Origin: Octopus sinensis
Taxonomy: Eukaryota
DNA: 13,596 bases
NCBI RefSeq assembly: GCF_006345805.1
Contig: NW_021826112.1
Span: forward strand, 1-13,596
Reading direction: 5' to 3'
The translations under genes were made by a program, and so were the position numbers. Position 1 is the first letter of the stretch, and each line of letters starts with the position of its first letter. The notes below the pieces were generated by a model. The model was not told the DNA's origin, ran no database searches, and saw nothing but the letters and a program-made list of their open reading frames with translations. Positions 10,001 to 13,596 of the stretch are shown in pieces.

Positions 10001-13000
10001 AGGGGGTACTTGAGATTATTTAATTAATTTCATAATATATAATTTTATTTGGAAGGTCTCTAGATGTGAGAAAATGGGTGTAATTGAGATTATGTAATTA
10101 ATTGCGTTATATATTATGCAAATAAACATGTCCCTAGATTTTAAGACATTGGGGTACTTGAGATTATTTAAAGAATTGCCTAATATATTTTACAATTTGG
10201 GAGCGTCTCAAGATCTGAGAACATTTGAGTCTTTGAGTTTATGTAATTAATTTCATAATATATAATGTAATTTGGAAGGTCTCTAGATGTTAGGAAATCG
10301 GTGTACTTGAAATTATGTAATTAATTGCGTAATATATTATGCAATTAAGAGATGTTAATAGATTTGAAGACAAAGGGGTACTTGAGATTATTTAATTAAT
10401 TTCATAATGTATAATTTAATTTGGAAGGTCTCTAGATGTGAGAAAATGGGTTGTAATTGTGATTATGTAATTAATTTCGTTTATATTATGCAATTAAGAG
10501 ATGTCCCTGATTTGAAGACATGGGGGGTCCGAGATTATCTAATGAATTACGTAATATTTTACAATTTGGGAGCGTCTCAAGATGTGAGAACATTTGAGTA
10601 CTTGAGTTTATGTAATTAATTTCATAATATATAATGTAATTTGGAAGGTCTCTAGATGTTAGGAAATGGGTGTACTTGAAATTATGTAATTAATTGCGTA
10701 ATATATTATGCAATTAAGAGATGTCAATAGATTTGAAGACAAGGGGTACTTGAGATTATTTAATTAATTTCATAATATATAATTTAATTTGGAAGGTCTC
10801 TAGATGTGAGAAAATGGGTGTAATTGAGATTATGTAATTAATTGCGTTATATATTATGCAAATAAGACATGTACCTAGATTTGAAGACATTGGGGCACTT
10901 GAGATTATTTAAAGAATTGCCTAATATATTTTACAATTTGGGAGCGTCTCAAGATGTGAGAACATTTGAGTACTTGAGTTTATGTAATTAATTTCATAAT
11001 ATATAATTTAATTTGAAGCTCTAGATGTTAGAAATGGGTGTCTTGAAATTATGTAATTAATTGCGTAATATATTATGCAATTAAGAGAGTCCATAGATTT
11101 GAAGACCATGGGGTACTTGAGATTATTTAATGAATTGCGTAATAATTTAACAATTTGGGAGCGTCTCAAGATGTGAGAACATGGAGTACTTGAGATTATG
11201 TAATTAATTTCATAATATATAATGTAATTTGGAAGTGTCTCTAGATGTGAGAAATGGTGTAATTGAGATTATGTAATTAATTGCGTTATATATTATGCAA
11301 TTAAGAGATTCCCTAGATTTGAAGACATGGGGGTCCTTGAGATTATTTAAAGAATTGCGAATATATTTTACAATTTGGGAGCGTCTCAAGATGTGAGAAC
11401 ATGGGAGTACTTGAGATTATGTAATTAATTTCATAATATATAATGTAATTTGGAAGGTCTCTAGATGTTAGGAAATGGGTGTACTTGAGATTATGTAATT
11501 AATTGCGTATATATTATGCAATTAAGAGATGTCCATAGATTTGAAGACCAGGGGGTACTTGAGATTATTTAAAGAATTGCCTAATATATTTTACAATTTG
11601 GGAGCGTCTCAAGATGTGAGAACATGGGAGTACTTGAGATTATGTAATTAATTTCATAATATATAATGTAATTTGGAAGGTCTCTAGATGTGAGAAAATG
11701 GGTGTAATTGAGATTATGTAATTAATTGCGTTATATACTATGCAATTAAGAGATGTCCCTAGATTTGAAGACATGGGGTACTTGAGATTATTTAAAGAAT
11801 TGCCTAATATATTTTACAATTTGGGAGCGTCTCAAGATGTGAGAACATTTGAGTACTTGAGTTTATGTAATTAATTTCATAATATATAATGTAATTTGGA
11901 AGGTCTCTAGATGTTAGGATATGTGTGTACTTGAAATTATGTAATAATTGCGTAATATATTATGCAATTAAGAGATGTCCATAGATTTGAAGACAAGGGG
12001 TACTTGAGATTATTTAATTAATTTCATAATATATAATTTTATTTGGAAGGTCTCTAGATGTGAGAAAATGGGTGTAATTGAGATTATGTAATTAATTGCG
12101 TTATATATTATGCAATTAAGACATGTCCCTAGATTTGAAGACATGGGGGTCCTTGAGATTATTTAATGAATTACGTAATATATTTTACAATTTGTGAGCG
12201 TCTCAAGATGTGAGAACATGGGAGTACTTGAGATTATGTAATTAATATCGTAATATATTATGCAATTAAGAGATGTCCATAGGTTTGAAGACCAGGGGGT
12301 ACTTGAGATTATGTAATTAATTTCAAAATATATAATTTAATTTGGAAGGTCTCTAGATGTGAGAAAATGGGTGTAATTGAGATTATGTAATTAATTGCGT
12401 TATATATTATGCAAATAAGACATGTCCCTAGATTTGAAGACATTGGGGCACTTGAGATTATTTAAAGAATTGCCTAATATATTTTACAATTTGGGAGCGT
12501 CTCAAGATGTGAGAACATTTGTATACTTGAGTTTATGTAATTAATTTCATAATATATATTTTAATTTGGAAGGCCTCTAGATGTTATGAAATGGGTGTAC
12601 TTGAAATTATGTAATTAATTGCGTAATATATTATGCAATTAAGAGAGGTCCATAGATTTGAAGACCATGGGGTACTTGAGATTATTTAATGAATTGCGTA
12701 ATATTTTTACAATTTGGAGCGTCTCAAGATGTGAGAACATGGGAGTACTTGAGATTATGTAATTAATTTCATAATATATAATGTAATTTGGAAGGTCTCT
12801 AGATGAGAAAATGGGTGTAATTGAGATTATGTAATTAATTGCGTTATATACTATGCAATTAAGAGATGTCCCTAGATTTGAAGACATGGGGGTCCTTGAG
12901 ATTATTTAAAGAATTGCCTAACATATTTTACAATTTGGGAGCGTCTCAAGATGTGAGAACATGGGAGTACTTGAGTTTATGTAATTAATTTCATAATATA

Positions 13001-13596
13001 TAATGTAATTTGGAAGGTCTCTAGATGTTAGGAAATGGGTGTACTTGAAATTATGTAATTAATTGCGTAATATATTATGCAATTAAGAGATGTCCATAGA
13101 TTTGAAGACCAGGGGGTACTTGAGATTATTTAATGAATTGCGTAATATATTTTACAATTTGGGAGCGTCTCAAGATGTGAGAACATGGGAGTACTTGAGA
13201 TTATGTAATTAATTTCATAATATAATTAATTTGGAAGGTCTCTAGATATGAGAAAATGGTGTAATTGAGATTATGTAATTAATTGCGTTATATATTATGC
13301 AATTAAGAGATGTCCCTAGATTTGAAGACATGGGGGTCCTTGAGATTATTTAAAGAATTGCCTAACATATTTTACAATTTGGGAGCGTCTCAAGATGTGA
13401 GAACATGGGAGTACTTGAGTTTATGTAATTAATTTCATAATATATAATGTAATTTGAAAGGTCTCTAGATGTGAGAAAATGCGTGTACTTGAGATTATGT
13501 AATATATTGCGTTATATATTATGCAATTAAGAGATGTCCCTAGATTGGAAGACATTGGGGTACTTTAAATTATTTAAAGAATTGCCTAATATATTT
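4034..13596. repeat. Two copies of a ~5 kb higher-order block within the satellite (copy 1 from ~4034, copy 2 from ~9195, truncated by the window end)
   Basis: Rare variants recur at matching offsets. AGATCT 5053/10211 (5158) and TACTTTAAA 4632/9787 (5155) give the first offset. GGATATG 7050/11917 (4867), AGGCCT 7694/12571 (4877) and TACTTTAAA 8670/13561 (4891) give the second. The drop in offset matches loss of one four-monomer unit. Confidence 0.75.
5440..8520. repeat. Tandem pair of a 21-monomer (~1.54 kb) higher-order repeat
   Basis: GGATATG occurs at 5506 and 7050 (1544 apart) and AGGCCT at 6152 and 7694 (1542 apart). Both copies have the order AB-ABCB-ABC-ABC-ABC-ABC-ABC with matching subvariants. 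Confidence 0.8.

Larger units (their letters stand above)
480..13596. repeat. Tandem satellite array of 74-75 bp monomers in three families (A/B/C), about 177 monomers, running off the right edge of the window
   Basis: Seen directly. The GT(A/C)(C/A)TTGAG anchor recurs at 3810, 3884, 3959 and 4034 (periods 74, 75, 75; trimer 224 bp). Typical A: gtacttgagattatgtaattaatttcataatatataatgtaatttggaaggtctctagatgtgagaaaatgggt. Typical B: gtaattgagattatgtaattaattgcgttatatattatgcaattaagagatgtccctagatttgaagacatgggg. Typical C: gtccttgagattatttaaagaattgcctaatatattttacaatttgggagcgtctcaagatgtgagaacatggga. The three align colinearly with one gap. All copies have the same orientation and there are no unique interruptions. 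Confidence 0.98.

Noticed and set aside
10407-10619. 70-aa ORF on +
   Set aside because: It lies wholly within satellite monomers and is open only because of local indels. Homologous copies contain stops and the protein has no recognisable motif.
12639-12887. 82-aa ORF on -
   Set aside because: It is a translation of three satellite monomers, kept open by small private deletions, with no domain features. It is a chance ORF.
480-13596. CRISPR array (alternating ~36/38-bp segments with palindromes)
   Set aside because: The would-be spacers are themselves repeated and homologous to each other. There are no unique spacers and no cas genes.
480-13596. Repeat-protein gene (75 bp = 25 codons)
   Set aside because: A monomers are 74 bp, which breaks the frame, and TAA stops are dense on both strands. 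Only two short ORFs are listed for 13 kb.
480-13596. Synthetic Golden Gate concatemer
   Set aside because: The three monomer families are mutually homologous, with nested, inherited variants typical of natural satellite evolution. There is no vector or marker sequence, and the sites are not arranged in convergent pairs.

Overview
This window has no credible genes. It is AT-rich, probably eukaryotic DNA spanning the edge of a satellite array. Bases 1-~479 are a non-satellite flank. The flank holds a degenerate telomere-like (CCCTAA-derived) tract at 113-262, partly organised as a 16-18 bp three-hexamer unit, and a GC-rich imperfect 18/17-bp doublet at 438-472 that abuts the array. From ~480 to the window end is one head-to-tail tandem array of about 177 monomers (hand count) of 74-75 bp. 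The monomers fall into three homologous families (A, B, C) arranged by a strict grammar: A is always followed by B, and no family follows itself. They build nested higher-order repeats of AB ~149 bp, ABC 224 bp, ABCB ~296 bp, ABABC 373 bp, a 21-mer of ~1.55 kb, and two copies of a ~5 kb block that differ by one tetramer. The first half of each monomer is three 12-bp subrepeats resembling C/EBP/PAR-bZIP sites, and these form a 28-bp near-palindrome in B monomers. Both listed ORFs are judged chance. I cannot identify the organism or the satellite family from sequence alone, and scattered 1-bp indels may be read errors.
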